The position numbers and the translations under genes were made by a program. A DNA stretch of 41,317 nt from positions 1 to 41,317 of the forward strand of contig CAVKUX010000001.1 of NCBI GenBank assembly GCA_963659595.1, in the 5' to 3' direction. Numbering within the stretch: the stretch's first letter is position 1; every line of letters begins with the position of its first letter. This DNA comes from Anaeroplasmataceae bacterium. GTDB lineage: Bacteria; Bacillota; Clostridia; Christensenellales; CAG-917. Below are positions 22,001-25,674 of the stretch, in pieces. Under the pieces are notes generated by a model, which ran no database searches, was not told where the DNA came from, and saw only the letters and a program-made list of their open reading frames with translations.

Positions 22001-22427
22001 CGGCGCGCAAAACGCAGCAAACGAGAGGCAAAGTATGCGCCTCAAAGATATAGTTTCCGTATATCTAATGATGTATTCTTTGTCAAAGATGACGGGAACG
22101 CTCACAAGCGAAAGCAATACGTTCAATGTCAACGTATATGCGCTCGGTTCGAGTTGGCTCGTGGGCAATGCGGACGGCACGCAAAGCAATCCGATTGCCA
22201 TTGCAAACAAGCAAAACGTGTCGCTTTTAAGACAACTTCCGTTTGCGACGTTCACGCTCAAGAAAAATATCGCAATCGATATAACAAGCACGTTTGCAGG
22301 CGCTTTCTTCGGAACGGTCGAAAGCGCAACGGACAGCACAGGCACGTCGCTCGGATATAAGATAACTTGCAACAAGGATATGTTCGAAGCGTACGCCCCA
22401 AGCAGTTCGAGTTGGTTGACAACTTGA
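1023..22427 (+). CDS. Giant (7,134 aa) modular cell-surface protein with many GLUG-type repeats. It also carries Listeria-Bacteroides repeats, an F5/8-type-C-like domain and MBG/YDG-type Ig-like repeats; putative adhesin.
   Basis: Single open frame of 21,405 nt with GGAG 8 nt upstream of the ATG. An N-terminal hydrophobic anchor is present (LLLAVMFVLVFAG). Dozens of (Y)VGG(I/L/V)(V/A)G motifs with N/T/S/G-rich linkers. Recurrent NP(Y/F)xIxT..QL module heads. All long antisense ORFs inside it look like shadow frames. Confidence 0.9.
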   Translation: MKNTGTTQQTKLKKCMKWTASGLLLAVMFVLVFAGTLSASFGIEENLQQNGIIESNVADAVTPNASTHTSTVYWTDARDSASFDITRQAQYWNVTTTPTNTTASTGTNIIGFSTTGMSKSSLQVGRAYHTIELGNFSATSIKISCKVYVLLKYGGGTTAVTKGASLRYSTNGTDYDWISTAAHGFDRGPGNAGSDGYGHYMFRKVAGSGEYSKESESVMEKTINGSFTPGSKIYLEYVDSWYANSREIKSGSYGQLTYLQVTFGGVTTTINLESGANGAISPSGTQTFNSSTASVTSTATPNEGYHFDGWYVGSTKAFSNNPQTFTGTNITAKETYTANFALNKLNVVYWRNLNDSDNTQLTDPNGNTFTYTQAKAFYNLSKTDGKTFVGWATARNGTVLHGYGTSTDGGTQSIGGVSFLPSANNDATVNLYAIWIDSDFGIVSGGSRENNWGSQSNPFVISTVQHLKNLSEIVNGFRDPVDSVTGTYYGNSITTTATKTNGVVTFANCYFVISADIGSASAPMELTPIGRNATNYFAGTISGQNNSQKTIYLNIQQSGESNVGLFGYVKGASISYIKTAGTVVGGTATGGLVGYMENGEIFNCSNSANVSGTGKTAGIVAYNFADVRGRIYGTITNSGNITGSGFVGGIAGQYHGYWCDSSANYGTFTNSGTINGGSGASVGGVTGFTDSEIRNAANTGSVTGGSSVGGIAGRTQNKISNSYNTGNIRGTSAVSNSEIAAGSKTGVFAGGITGYTTANATISHCYNKGDISALSASGEYISSGDFLGGIVGYAQATVEYCANIGGLIDGNNYIGGIVGDASSTTSISYCYDVEGQRNYRWDYCNLGAITGSGGTVTNSWAIKEKDVTWNASISGATVSTSGRKLVTSFTVTPLVINGGETEAVWTDILSADINGFKISTSVSSGNYLKLSNNNGNGVLPYKVANGYTEQNSTSSTAITQGNISCDIYYNATTSSDIYAQSEAIGIDTTSKTYDATAKEVGSFTTPSNYTLATFYFDRDSSGNPTGTPTTSRTDAGTYVVISDVKFTVDGTTYVVGRKQADWTIDKRKLSVEGLTDNKLAVNYGVNVESKIVWENVVSGHSVVPDTSAYNFYESNSGSNSYTISSIVVKSGNDDVSSNYEITSFTIVVSAGDFYVQNSGIDANNIADNKWGSVNNPYIISTPQQLQKLTSIVRNDGALNSIQTGAYVYVTATDKTYSGAYFKLADNLSVGNITPIGTNSAAFSGIFDGNGKTVTVAINVAGNYVGLFGYTSGATIKNLTVNGSVKGSKYVGGVVGYALNTTIDNVTNNASVTARYSTDNDLPTSILQYDGGNATNEGFDKVFDNNISTKFCGNENSSMSFVANLNSNVAVSGFAITNANDTATQTNRRPKTIQIWGSDTRTSRSNYNNKSSGGNTPSGAGESGWTLVYSVTTDNFPTTNYQRNEFAFANNKTYNYQYYWVYIISAGGLIQFAEFDFLAAGEDAGGIVGHAYTDTAKAITNVKNTGNVVGGTYTGGIAGYAQGLSNASLNLSGATSGATNSGNITGHNYVGGVAGHAQDLAISGCTNTGTVSGVDTVGGIAAYSFGGNIVSSENTGTISGTTKVGGITGRKNWGSIGTSGSVTVINKGAVVGTGSYVGGVAGVVDSTTSSIKYVGNEGSVTGANYVGGVAGSSAKAISNSYNTGTVRGTTAVDDALGKGLFVGGIVGVTSSGVTVSHCYNKGYITGTSTSGSAVSYANFVGGIVGYAQGSIEYCANIYDSSINSDSSARIEGNDKIGGIAGQSSSTIDFCYDVQGQRSLKHGGVVGAVVGEGGTVTNSWAIKERNSTGNTPSTINTPNHTLTTDFTVAPRVGTISNSVWTDGSGDWVWEDILTQNINGFKVSGSVATDNYFLSSKGSGNTTEYLAPSKVENSNTANATSRTDTTAFTITAWYGANTQSNIYCATEGIAISNATEIYNGSEQGFDKDDVNPPLASGKVYGVVFDYYNASVTPIEGFICAFDADGNKISGANPSQAGEYNTTVFIKIGDVVVGKKVGVTYKIDQETINVSWTWTDGLWQDKFNRTQNSVYTSTTNNVFIYNRAGQGLSGVTFAYANNTFTDTALSRFTLTGNGTFTTENGTLTEINASGSAYSRTYTLGDTRNFKIHSTNTNVDLSGTSITFEWIIRKNKLYITNLWTSADVGSEENIYVFEYNAAHQGIAEREGENEGIILVVEPDTKNITHTIDGSAYTIAPYVGTINVGTYTRTRTFTINNTTNYEIGNCSSRIVNTTTLLKTQKGVSKTSTSVTYSWKIVQYNIANNFANGKVWFGGIAGNDGLIVGNQSASTISGTTRGGDSVSVDYYPLQSAQNGVQQVLVYGQTRYAQDKFVIYVEYNDGRIAQLSNATATEYTLSDLDTPTAANPTPINTSVKASGLGNFAGDLSKYYTVLYSDFGWKSGKNPSSANWGTADNPYVIDRPEYLLRLSQIVNGGMAWNSIANTAYCYAPQATATAQNRTYSGTFFLVSANIDMTDYVSTDGLTNFLPIGDGEHPFSATFDGSNNVGSERIIYSITYIYNINLFVNNANSSGGERLDYVGLFGYIDGATIQNLTVKSKSVTVNNASYKGVYGRDYVGGVVGKAVNSTIEEVQLDYGGYVQGNDYVGGIVGFAQNTTIANSAKIFNANVKGRFYVGGIAGEWQVNDKNQLGLGRHDTLTPIDSSYVEGVKYVGGLVGWLDLSNCSGSVSFTPQYNNTANKTLEVKGTEYVGALFGTLIGNGYRQSANSTGLTSIVIESGKVGNVTLKPVTYADGNSTYLPKIVGGLVGFIESAALVFGTSWNTNNITFDFNKTSTSFLGGVVGVMGKNSTIEMFVLNKDDGSTLTSVDGAITANTQFGSYGVYNAGSFVGGIVGYVSSQAGTFWNDGTTIFGNAVKLENTANISATGFAGGIFGALGNIALSKIEQSVGAVYNEISVAQNQDNRTNILQKILVGGVREGLSGSTLGIAPTTDSDYVSGANGKLRNTASVYVSKKDNVGGEYVGGILGYCGANVRLVLRNAPQTGDIDTSALNVYSGGTNVSFMGSYAGGVAGFCDNLEHELQYIVVQAKFIDKNATRVGGLIGEMTSGAINGCVAVSAMAAGESISFDTDNFQGTEYVGGLVGKTENATIKDSIATGFNLQSTSITKGGVLGGGTNPTIEASWTFYIANEGATYSTISANEYGKYILVDKDTITSNGSSYPSFEKLCAFAGIANTLQNGVVGVLEFALNVPTQRQLAFYDASGSDSETTNGGSASDFESNNTNGVLTIKLDMETGTSMQVCIIKVEFVNVPKHYANDDARITVVENCYKKPSASSRYFVEVLEETIFDVGDTNQIKRIKARVYFDWNNDGKATLIGESDTASEKTGDYDQEFNPGDEASPYTISTQAEWNDFAYSIYSGANDYDGKFVKLLTDDIVIDNSTHYGTASSTQPLNFNTTCTPNNNSDDSKNAASNLGYNFAGNITQGGSTVEKIYFGEGNTTLSSVTPSFKGTFDGNGHTIIINYTSGGTHRLSVFPNAANATFKNLTIDGTITAGTNTSDSGYDIAAFVGKPFGAITFENCTAAVDIQGLRIIAGFAGYSTKSAPLTFTGCVNKGNIHSFEWSSWEKSGTQDIGNQYDYSYGTGGFIAYASTDIVFESCLNTGNITGGSKIGGLVGRVTNEDKGKTILTINNCANKGRIYSEEYNPYNENDTKQKSANVWSKAGGLVGEVDYYTEMTMCASYNTGEVRAIGNIAGGLVGIIGTIPGGSSNNKAGYTETQYQSKINYCYNTGAVTVGNVAWGGIPSWGSSGYNFNGTNAGGIVGVTGYVSIAYTYNAGHITGYGGVGYFLSWQTRNGGIIGELTTHSNSNVGSVANKHRADITNCYNVGMIELKESKSSEVRYSADIIGYMGDGTVSNLYTITNSYGIANNIINYTDGKGNPTYYSGVNSAGSIDSTSYAKGITLNSLADLTAVMRADGTVKPKAYSGTSEQNLWTASIATIGAQETAAYKNGTLAGYVYVYGCLPQLAVFSVDTYNGLSMNSTNYGKDATYGEEGSYVKQAAGEKLSPYVIRDGIDLMGVQTLVGLGYSFDGKYIEFANGKNNITLDQNLSSDVAQSIDLPTSNSTTAKLDATNGTAYKAKGTSGGYTQTGKSYHLFAKSAVCADDNGTTANTAYGYWLGHNHYYNGAYGNRDGGYVATCTFKIQNLLTIGRNGKTFEGSISGKQDNGTNTTINNLRVSTGMATGGAYAGLFGHAHDAYIGYIEITGDSNIWAYSSDGSQIAATGAIAGYATGNTTIEHCAVSGTTAIGAYGKTDTTNLATDNITFAGGIVGLVDTKQGSAYSAGTTLTIKDCSVNIATTTGDRSTFAGKIVATKNNIGGVLGYVDGASGASGKGNSVRIENCNVQQATIQAASSATTSSHIGGIVGFGSQYVSAFVTGCKVGVDGNVTISGEHSLGGIAGGMSNAQGGYIDSCTVGANASITRIDQGGDGNVAESADHGTAIGGLVGFTQNSTDTVSPLTTTFSGTSSFGGTITVGVAATNQSADSDAAISQIGGIVGDMGSGANFASGSVVTVGGTISVTPNAANVGGVAGRTNTATFIGKFDVHPNMSTANTENVGGFIGKNIGTVYILSDNTDKLADGKLNGTQISIGGTIVGTSEVGGFIGVNNSQSVLHIGSNVANAKPYKSGTLNITITATVTGSGENVGGIVGKNEGASANGATDYATMDIVKGVITQNGAISGKNYVGGIIGLNQGLLTTGGGEADTSVGGATLTTEQINSIKNLSITNKGNVKGGETNDGTYVNGDYVGGVVGFLDSPDKLKATDEGKGAIAGTFTNVGTVEGGRFVGGSIGFVGKNVTITAKDTDTLFDNDGAVTAHGYFAGGSIGALVGTIEGTTQYSVNFENEGNVNAAGFVGGSIGVLAGHVKYAQFVNKSNGLTVSAVNSVGGSVGYIGIPTPLDTVLATLGITLDDEHIKVVNTHFEAAGNLTASATSDVITAAKNAASDASTGWGGVGGAIGVIGSKVAEWGLSNTYYANGNVVASGINNVGGIVGLVLAKDIVISNMLAHKTTVKGGDNVGGIVGATKGTGTVIKSAYAVEGTFEGSGNVGGIIGLAASDTDAKTSYWVKGYSNAILAGTDVKNLQEELGKYEAIVETVDGQEVVFTEEFCKLYTPKTYYADYTGTHKYGNATVTAVTDESVTWAQYFENSLNITGATINNGAWVKPTGATTYTTGTAKTGWYFVYANDKIANPSATTIGTISAEHSPNANLSYWKRIADAYTASERKAGADKSTLTASLIVSGDGQPQKSTLYATATSAGENSGYYLYMATSGNSRPSATYSDGLFFIKTLTANEDALAENVAVYYRTISRGKSLTYNGYARFAPVGITASEGVSVPFIATPTTDTTKADSYCYSSDTSADGTKTEPGTFKSNVKIYYFDSEGTPHVVGGVAIDWEIKKRDLEAELSVPSGKLTYGDPDINAVLTIANVAPIDGNNQGASGNTQFEISVKDENGNEIAKFTWNGTGFNGQSADGKVVVNNVTVSNGGFGNGDDLSGDDLQFNVDNIDGLDLTTRTFSCNINFLDAKTYKVSVSTPNKESKYNPSPILKDQTITVNPAELTLTRTTSASHYFDNSSTGKGAQWTVSGFKFSDGALQFAAFEPVFVMELGKQNTTKEITETAMHANGELINTITINNVIQVAYGGATEGQGGRTLSFNLTGVSKVGDYYIQTKGGKGYRVGNYTLTFDGASVPTYSITENKITITESTNESDGTHIYNGSQKGTITLTFTTDAGKSIENLGTFVEQFFKVATNGVTEKTKPSASSSNTTVTWVFETGINAKKYSVTLNKGDGYDEASKNCSHTQSVPKTYYYEITKRQLTVEFTQTGSSPYVYNTYHQGLSTVKISNLCQVGNVWDSVNITLNVGNNSISVSSNGNNAVDVKDRVNTRNVGTYTATINSTLGGTSSGNYYISNTGVSTSWTINQYTLRLSGLTGGEKTYDGTAVTPKLIVDGSEVSDGKIRFGADTITIKYSATVGGVLHDGDIVNAGTYTISIGGNATDAIVAMRDGENTTQNYTVAGTDEATYTIAPRQIKLSWDSATAFVFNNAEQGLKITGVESVSEGGNGQLAVSSSTLTEARIKGYAGKDVIVITVSGAITHVADGKKSMTASISSVTGKNADNSTDSIKGNYAISVGSTSGEFEITPSVVSISFNAPNATLEKVYDGNATVPTSQILGSYFTVSATGHVPSNPFTISGRYDDKNVVYDSNNNVTGGKAVTFSYTFTDPTGVGDYIEGSVDTAAYNVGKITPAHIKVTLDKLRSNKATRTYTDGTTYGGNGVSGNGTSSTYRAGEGFRVSGVLSGDSVTINANYAEALDSRNSSANSGFDFAKYVNDVYKDSDGTFKKATSGTYLKKLVFEMTGTSAGNYTFNVYHSSDGAYGNSDGNHVTKVTVYDSRETDQSRKNASGSPSIQIEITVKSVKVEYSNTAQSYANDDNTYNTDWKRVTGTNKETDKAGADIIVTNGWMYSDGIDRDADSTDQKREYHGYTTIQGRSGNSRLGASVTTKDGMNLNYRLSNQPTLTIAYFVAEGDEYKISSLAQLLIASFYYTAHQNPQNLDMIKIVSSGYEWVTVVKVDESGAYIGDYEKPSNSPITNSNANTWDEYLAELQAADYAVFLDTEKKEWGYYQSTQSTTTAIPTKFVQIKDITGTFTTDDIEILNAFFTTSSVGEDGTVTTTTYNWNGSSKQFLTNVLKARAGANVTINGSLFESTAKADGSNELTGFDGSYDGNGYVIEYLNIMGYGKTNVGLFDIIGASGIVKNVHLRNVTINASGGNVGGIAGSVLAAAEAASETSIKNVSAHGAINVSGGTVGGLFGTSARDIENAIVLGTIISQNATVGGVVGTTSASVKNVVSLVQITANGGTVNPITTSSATIENSYHMTNAVWQKGSIFVNVSGNSKTFNELMSGSVSGYGNENKYYYAGESAPTKGTFDVLDDVQLTALSAIGAQNAANERQSMRLKDIVSVYLMMYSLSKMTGTLTSESNTFNVNVYALGSSWLVGNADGTQSNPIAIANKQNVSLLRQLPFATFTLKKNIAIDITSTFAGAFFGTVESATDSTGTSLGYKITCNKDMFEAYAPSSSSWLTT
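1843..2327 (+). other. Listeria-Bacteroides repeat (Flg_new-type) region inside the giant ORF
   Basis: GYHFDGWY..., ...TYTANF, ...GKTFVGWATARNGT..., ...VNLYAIW are the hallmark strings of this repeat. Confidence 0.6.
4975..5455 (+). other. F5/8 type C (discoidin/CBM32-like) domain inserted among GLUG repeats of the giant ORF
   Basis: NEGFDKVFDNNISTKFCG ... VSGFAITNAND ... RPKTIQIWGS ... YYWVYIISAGGLIQFAEFDF resembles the discoidin-fold layout (A.DGN..T.W near the N-terminus, I.E(I/F) at the end). Confidence 0.5.
17340..20100 (+). other. Run of MBG/YDG-type Ig-like repeats inside the giant ORF
   Basis: Repeated strings KTYDGTAVTPKL, KVYDGNATVPTS, FVFNNAEQGLKI, YVYNTYHQGLS, IYNGSQKGT and NYxIS/NYTF endings. 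An isolated copy (KTYDATAKEV) lies near 3993. Confidence 0.5.
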
Positions 22428-22454
22428 TTTGGTTAGATAATCGATAAAATCGTT

Positions 22455-22480
22455 CTCGGACGGCGCAAAAGCCGTCCGAG
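22455..22480 (+). terminator. Stable hairpin 28 nt after the giant ORF stop (possible terminator or mRNA stabiliser; no U-tract)
   Basis: CTCGGACGGC-gcaaaa-GCCGTCCGAG, a perfect 10-bp stem. It is followed by cgcgag rather than a T run. Confidence 0.3.
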
Positions 22481-22693
22481 CGCGAGAAAAACGAGCGCAA
22501 ATATCGCAAATCGCTCGAAAAAGAAAATAATTGCGGAAATGCCGCAAAATCGTGATTCTAACCGCGCGTTTTCAAAACAATGAAATCTCGCGCGAAAAAA
22601 TCGACGAAAAATCAAATAAAACGCCGTGCTCGATTGTAGTTTATATATAAATATATAAAAATCCGCAAGGAAGAGCAAAAGAAAGGATAGACC

Positions 22694-23788
22694 ATGCAAG
22701 CAAGCAAAAGCAAAAACCTAAAAATCGTAATGTCGATTATGATTCCGCTTTTGATAATCGTGACCACCGTCGTTATGGTGGGCGCGTCTTTTGCGTGGTT
22801 CACCAACGCCGACAAGGTCACAATCACCGAAATCACGATGTCTACGGCGGATTCTTACAAAATCGACTTTACTCGTCAGCCGCCGTCCACCGACGGCAAA
22901 ACACTGTATGACAACATGCAGTACGTCGGACAGACCGCTTTTTGCGCAAGCGGCGCAAATGTCGGCAAACTTATGTCGGCAGCCGTTGCAGGCAACAACG
23001 ACGTCGACATAAGCAATCGCGCGTACTACTTCATCAACACCGTTGCGCTCGACACGCAGGGTAAAACCTTCGATATGAGTATGGCGTTTGACGGCGTGAA
23101 AATCATCAAATATAAACGCGACGCAGACGGCAAGATTGTCCAAGATGACAACGGTGCAAATATTGTCGAAAAAACAAACAAAATCTATGCCGCGCAAGGC
23201 GACAACGTTTCGCCGATGAGCGACATTCCTTATGCGTTCACTTGGTTTTTCAAAGCGCACGGCGAAACGGATGAAGACGGCGTGGTGAGGAACTATCAAA
23301 TCTACGACATCGACGAGCAAACGCAAGGGAAAAAACTCAAACAATTCCAGCCGCAAAAGAATGAAGTGTGGTACACACCTTACGGCAAACTCACTTTCGG
23401 CGACGACAATCTCGTTGCGCTCGTAAACGACGACAGTACAATCGATTCAACGAGCATAAGGGACGTTGACAAGCGCGTCATCGACAATTTCGGCACGCAG
23501 GGCGTAGGCGACTCCACGTCGCAACTGTTCGATTTCTACATCGTTTTTGCGCCCGAAAAACTGTTCTGGATGCAGTTTTTCTCGCAAGACAGAGACAAAT
23601 ACACCGCAACCGACATCTACACAACTACGGTTGACGGCGAAACGAAAAACGACGACACCAAAAAGATTTTTGAATCATTGTCCAATCAGATGTACTATTC
23701 GCATATGGATTATTCGGGTTCTACGTTTGAATTTTCGGCGGTGATCAACGTGACGACAATGCACGAGGAGGCGCAGAACAATGAATAA
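22694..23788 (+). CDS. Secreted or anchored protein with a SipW-dependent-type (TasA/camelysin-like) signal motif; function unknown
   Basis: 364-aa ORF with RBS AAAGGA. The N-terminus is KSKNLK + hydrophobic IVMSIMIPLLIIVTTVVMVG + ASFAWFTNADKV, resembling the GGT(L/F)A(Y/W)F(T/S)D motif of SipW-cognate signals. Confidence 0.8.
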   Translation: MQASKSKNLKIVMSIMIPLLIIVTTVVMVGASFAWFTNADKVTITEITMSTADSYKIDFTRQPPSTDGKTLYDNMQYVGQTAFCASGANVGKLMSAAVAGNNDVDISNRAYYFINTVALDTQGKTFDMSMAFDGVKIIKYKRDADGKIVQDDNGANIVEKTNKIYAAQGDNVSPMSDIPYAFTWFFKAHGETDEDGVVRNYQIYDIDEQTQGKKLKQFQPQKNEVWYTPYGKLTFGDDNLVALVNDDSTIDSTSIRDVDKRVIDNFGTQGVGDSTSQLFDFYIVFAPEKLFWMQFFSQDRDKYTATDIYTTTVDGETKNDDTKKIFESLSNQMYYSHMDYSGSTFEFSAVINVTTMHEEAQNNE

Positions 23789-24605
23789 GACAAAGCGCAC
23801 TCTCATCGTTTCATCCGTTGTTATGGCACTCATATTTGTCGTCACCGTCGTCAGCGTGACCGCCGCGTGGTTTACAAACGTGTCGGACAGCAACGAAGAC
23901 GGCTTCACAACCGACTCCGCACTGTTGTCGGAAAGTGCAAGCATAACCATCGACGAGAACGCCGCAAGCGACTATGGCACTGCGGTTTGGCCCGCCGTGG
24001 CAACGTCCGGCTACCTCTCAAAAGGCAATTTTGCGCCATATGGTACGGACTTGAAAAAAACGCAAAGCGGCACAATAGATATTGCGGCAAAATGCGCCGT
24101 GATTTACTTCCCGATTGCGTTTGTCGGCTCGTCCGATACGCAAACCGTAGACGGAAACCAAGTTTCTATTGACGGAAGAAAATCGCTTATGCTCAGCGTC
24201 AATTCGGCGTATCTCGACAGCGACACCGAAAAGGTCAACGATTATCTGTCCGCTTTCAACGTCGAAATGGAACTCGTCACCTTGAAAGATGACGGCGACT
24301 CCAAAACAAGCGAAAAGATAACGTCGGTTGCGCCGAGCGATTTTTCAAGCAATCCGAGTGCGATATACTACAATCAACCGTTTACAACCGACGCAAAATT
24401 GCCGAGTTACAAACTTTATATGCTCGTAATTCCCGGCGAAACTTACTACGTCAAAGCGACAATCTATTTCAACCAAATCGACGAGGAGTGCAACGAGAAA
24501 CTCATATACTTCGAAAGCACGCAAAAATCGATAGCGTTCCAATTTGAAATAAAATACAATGTCGGCGATGACGTGGATATAAGACAAGGAACTATGCCCG
24601 CATGA
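23781..24605 (+). CDS. Second protein with a SipW-type signal motif; function unknown
   Basis: 274-aa ORF that overlaps the previous stop by 8 nt, with RBS GAGGAGG. The N-terminus is KTKRTL + IVSSVVMALIFVVTVVSV + TAAWFTNVSDS. Confidence 0.8.
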   Translation: MNKTKRTLIVSSVVMALIFVVTVVSVTAAWFTNVSDSNEDGFTTDSALLSESASITIDENAASDYGTAVWPAVATSGYLSKGNFAPYGTDLKKTQSGTIDIAAKCAVIYFPIAFVGSSDTQTVDGNQVSIDGRKSLMLSVNSAYLDSDTEKVNDYLSAFNVEMELVTLKDDGDSKTSEKITSVAPSDFSSNPSAIYYNQPFTTDAKLPSYKLYMLVIPGETYYVKATIYFNQIDEECNEKLIYFESTQKSIAFQFEIKYNVGDDVDIRQGTMPA

Positions 24606-25291
24606 TGTCTCTTCGCAAAAACAAAATCGCGATGCTGGTCGCAATAATAGCGCTTTTTGCAGTCGCCGTTTCGGCGATGGGCGTTTCCTATGCGGTTTGG
24701 ATTTCTCACGACGGCACGAGTGGCGGCGGCTCGTCAAAAGCGTCTCCGTCCGTTACGCCCGACTCAAACAACGTCTGGGCAAAGTATTTCAATTATAAGG
24801 TAATAACCGTCGAGGGCAAGGATGGCAAGTACGTCGAAATATCCACATTCTACACCGACGGCGCAAACAGTCAGGGGCTCAATTTGTCCGACTTGTACAT
24901 TCCCGAAGTCATTTGGGTGGAAAATGGCACAAACAAAGTGCTTGCAACGCTGGACGGCGTAAGCGCAGGGGCGTATGAAACTTACAGCGTTTATCGCATT
25001 ACAAACAGCATTTTTGCCGATTCGACACTCAAAAGCTTGCCCGTAACGATTCATATCCCTGCAAGCGTATGCGAGATAGACGCTGCCGCTTTTGCAGGTC
25101 TGCCAAATCTTAAAGCCGTGTATTTTGAAAACAGAATGCCGTGCACGTTGGGCGAGTATGCGTTTGCAGGCTGCACCAATCTCGCATCCGTCTACAACGT
25201 CAACGGCGGCGGAGTAACGCCTACCGACACCTCTTTTGTCGGCACACAAATCACCGTCACAAACGGACAAATTCAGTTTGCACAAGGTTAA
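24602..25291 (+). CDS. N-terminally anchored BspA-type leucine-rich-repeat protein
   Basis: 229-aa ORF with an ATGA overlap onto the previous gene. N-terminal anchor IAMLVAIIALFAVAVSAMGVSYAVWISHDG (a divergent version of the AWFTN motif). C-terminal IPASVCEIDAAAFAGLPNLKAVYF...LGEYAFAGCTNLASVYNV is the BspA/LRR_5 pattern. Confidence 0.8.
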   Translation: MMSLRKNKIAMLVAIIALFAVAVSAMGVSYAVWISHDGTSGGGSSKASPSVTPDSNNVWAKYFNYKVITVEGKDGKYVEISTFYTDGANSQGLNLSDLYIPEVIWVENGTNKVLATLDGVSAGAYETYSVYRITNSIFADSTLKSLPVTIHIPASVCEIDAAAFAGLPNLKAVYFENRMPCTLGEYAFAGCTNLASVYNVNGGGVTPTDTSFVGTQITVTNGQIQFAQG

Positions 25292-25335
25292 ATCGCAAAA
25301 CGCCGCAAGTTTTTTAGTAAATTTAACGGCAATGT

Positions 25336-25364
25336 TTGACACAACCTCAAACTCTTGTTATACT
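25336..25364 (+). promoter_or_regulatory. Sigma-70-type promoter of the tRNA operon
   Basis: TTGACA (25336-25341), a 17-nt spacer ending in TGt (extended -10), then TATACT (25359-25364). Confidence 0.55.
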
Positions 25365-25399
25365 GAATAGGCTTGATGGCGAAAAGTAAAACTATTTGA

Positions 25400-25674
25400 G
25401 GAAAAACGGTTTTACAAAAGAAAGAAACGATTTGCTTTAGATTATATGGAAGCGTATCGAAGCGGTCATAGCAGGCGTGTCTTGCTTGGTAGCGAAGCGT
25501 CAAACCGTTTGGGCAGGAAACGGTTTTGAAAAAAAAGAAACGATTTGCTTTGATTTTATATGGAAGCGTATCGAAGCGGTCATAACGAGCGTGTCTTGCT
25601 TGGTAGCGAAGCGTCAAACCGTTTGGGCAGAAAACGGTTTTGCAAAAAAAGAAACGATTTGCTTTAGATTATAT
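25400..25674 (+). repeat. Tandem repeat (partial unit + 114-nt + 113-nt units). Each full unit starts with a copy of the first ~28 nt of tRNA-Ser.
   Basis: Units begin at 25448 and 25562 with GGAAGCGTATCGAAGCGGTCATA..., as does the true tRNA at 25675. Unit tails (aaacggttttgcaaaaaaagaaacgatttgctttagattatat) also recur at 25400-25447. Confidence 0.85.

Noticed and set aside
1977-22375. Many long antisense or off-frame ORFs inside the giant gene (for example 16308-17582 minus, 424 aa; 19782-21224 minus, 480 aa; 6867-7844 minus, 325 aa; 8160-9083 minus, 307 aa)
   Set aside because: They lie wholly inside the 21.4-kb ORF. Their translations are Arg/Cys/Ala/Val-rich low-complexity strings typical of shadow frames of a GC3-rich gene. 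They also lack RBSs. The sense frame has clear repeat and domain structure.
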